Positions 55,949-57,125 of a stretch of 57,125 nt of DNA are shown here, in pieces (position 1 is the first letter of the stretch; each line of letters begins with the position of its first letter). The notes below the pieces were generated by a model, which was given only the letters and a program-made list of their open reading frames with translations, was not told the DNA's origin and made no database searches. A program made the position numbers and the translations under genes. Origin of the DNA: a virus (Duplodnaviria; Caudoviricetes); the IMG/VR virus record IMGVR_UViG_3300033076_000756, positions 1-57,125 of that record, one strand, 5' to 3'.

Positions 55949-56437
55949 ATGTCTAAAGTACAGATTGTTCCTAACAAGGAAGGCAACGTGATTAGCGCCT
56001 ACAAGTCTAATCCAGAGTATGGTTTCATCCAGTTACAGCAAACAGCTGTAGTCTGTGACGGAGGCTGGATCCGTGAGAAGAAACGCAGCACTATTATGCG
56101 CGCAGAGATGGGCTTGTTAAGCCGCTTTGTGGCCGCTAATAAAGCGCTCGCACTTCCAGGAAACATTGTTGTAAAAGAGTACTTGGAGTCTGAGGTTCCT
56201 CAAGATATCCAGGCGCGCTTCTACAATAAGAACGTGAGCTATGAAGAGCAAATTGCTCCTTATATCAAACGTGCAGGCCAGGATGGCGTAGAGCTTTGCC
56301 AAGGTGGTGAGCGTATCCTTCGCTTCAGCTTCTATGATGCAGCCGGTCAGGATACTGATACCCGCGTGCAACATGACAATGTCACTGTAGCAGTAGCTGA
56401 AGACACTGAAATCAGCACAGAGACCACAGCATTCTAA
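55949..56437 (+). CDS. Hypothetical early protein, paralog B
   Basis: Homologous to 54726-55247; acidic tail ending TETTAF. Confidence 0.75.
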   Translation: MSKVQIVPNKEGNVISAYKSNPEYGFIQLQQTAVVCDGGWIREKKRSTIMRAEMGLLSRFVAANKALALPGNIVVKEYLESEVPQDIQARFYNKNVSYEEQIAPYIKRAGQDGVELCQGGERILRFSFYDAAGQDTDTRVQHDNVTVAVAEDTEISTETTAF

Positions 56438-56456
56438 TCCCATTAGTGTGTGTAAA

Positions 56457-56512
56457 CTCTATAGAGAGGGAGAGAGAGAACAACAACTTCTTTCTCTCTT
56501 CTCTATATAGAG
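56457..56512. repeat. Long imperfect inverted repeat bounded by CTCTAT(AT)AGAG palindromes
   Basis: CTCTATAGAGAGGGAGAGAGAGAA-caacaac-TTCTTTCTCTCTTCTCTATATAGAG directly after paralog B. Confidence 0.6.
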
Positions 56513-57125
56513 AGAGTAAGACAAACATATGCTGCTTCACTTCTTCTTCTCACTTCTATATAGAGTAAAACACAACATGTGACGCTACATTTCATGTGTG
56601 TGTTGATTGTTGTTTGATAAACCCAGCTTAGCATGTTGTGTTCCTCTTATAGATCAGTGAATTCTCACACGGAAAATCACGCAAACCCTGTACCAGTAAG
56701 GGATAGAGAGAGGGTGACTATTCACCCCTAACCCCTTCTTAACCCCCTGAAAAAGTGTCAATTAACCCCTGAAATTGTCGCATTAGATAGCTACATCTGT
56801 GAGAAGACAGTTAAGCAAGACTGTTATGTTGACTGTATGTTGTGTAGTGTATCTACTCTATACAGTACTCTATATACTTCTATATAGTGTTGTTTCTCTC
56901 TCTATAGTAAAAGAAAGAGAGCGTCCCGTTTTTGTCTAAACACCCCGCTCTTGTCCAAGCAGGATACCCCAAGGATTGCAGCCTTGCAAGAGTACGAGAA
57001 AACCATCCACCCAGACTAAGGGCTTTCTTTCTAGCAGGTAGGGATACCTGTGAGGTTGTTAGAAGAAATGCATTGTTGTATATGGAAAGGTAGAGATATT
57101 GATGCATTCTCTCTACAACTCTTAG

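Noticed and set aside
56880-57107. 75-aa minus-strand ORF
   Set aside because: Opposite to the local gene direction, no recognisable motif or upstream signal; cannot be supported.
1-57125. Stop-codon reassignment (TAG or TGA recoding), known in some crAss-like phages
   Set aside because: Genes are full-length in the standard code. TAG ends terL and TGA ends 29643-30224 at sensible positions, and no suppressor tRNA is seen.

Overview
This 57-kb window is a segment of a lytic crAss-like (Crassvirales-type) phage genome with a probable Bacteroidota host. The host inference rests on TAnnTTTG-type promoters and AT-rich ribosome-binding regions without Shine-Dalgarno sequences. It uses the standard genetic code. 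The minus strand (1-52.7 kb) carries the virion and packaging block. In transcription order this is: small accessory genes (Acb2/Tad1-like protein, GroES, tRNA-Met, structured RNAs, HU-like protein, Zn-finger protein, PD-(D/E)xK nuclease, aminoacyl-tRNA-protein transferase-like protein), terminase, portal, scaffold-like protein, major capsid protein, ring and auxiliary capsid proteins, Cys-rich FN3/TSP1 fibres, tail rings, muzzle/stabilisation protein and large ejected 'cargo' proteins. The block ends in a >2800-aa virion RNA polymerase (zincin HExxH plus GSDFDVD) that runs off the left edge and is missing from the ORF track. From 52.8 kb the plus strand has a phoH operon and then short single-gene units, each preceded by the same 25-nt motif (candidate virion-RNAP early promoter). 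The most striking features are: (i) a 1191-aa protein built from small basic modules separated by about 19 Phi-x-x-G-G motifs (possible polyprotein or packaging-signal array); (ii) a phage ATE/Bpt-like transferase near a tRNA-like RNA whose anticodon loop is replaced by two hairpins; (iii) the 5x early promoter motif; (iv) a thrombospondin type-1 domain in a fibre protein; (v) lone terminal cysteines on adjacent cargo proteins. All family assignments come from motif recognition and gene order, not database searches.
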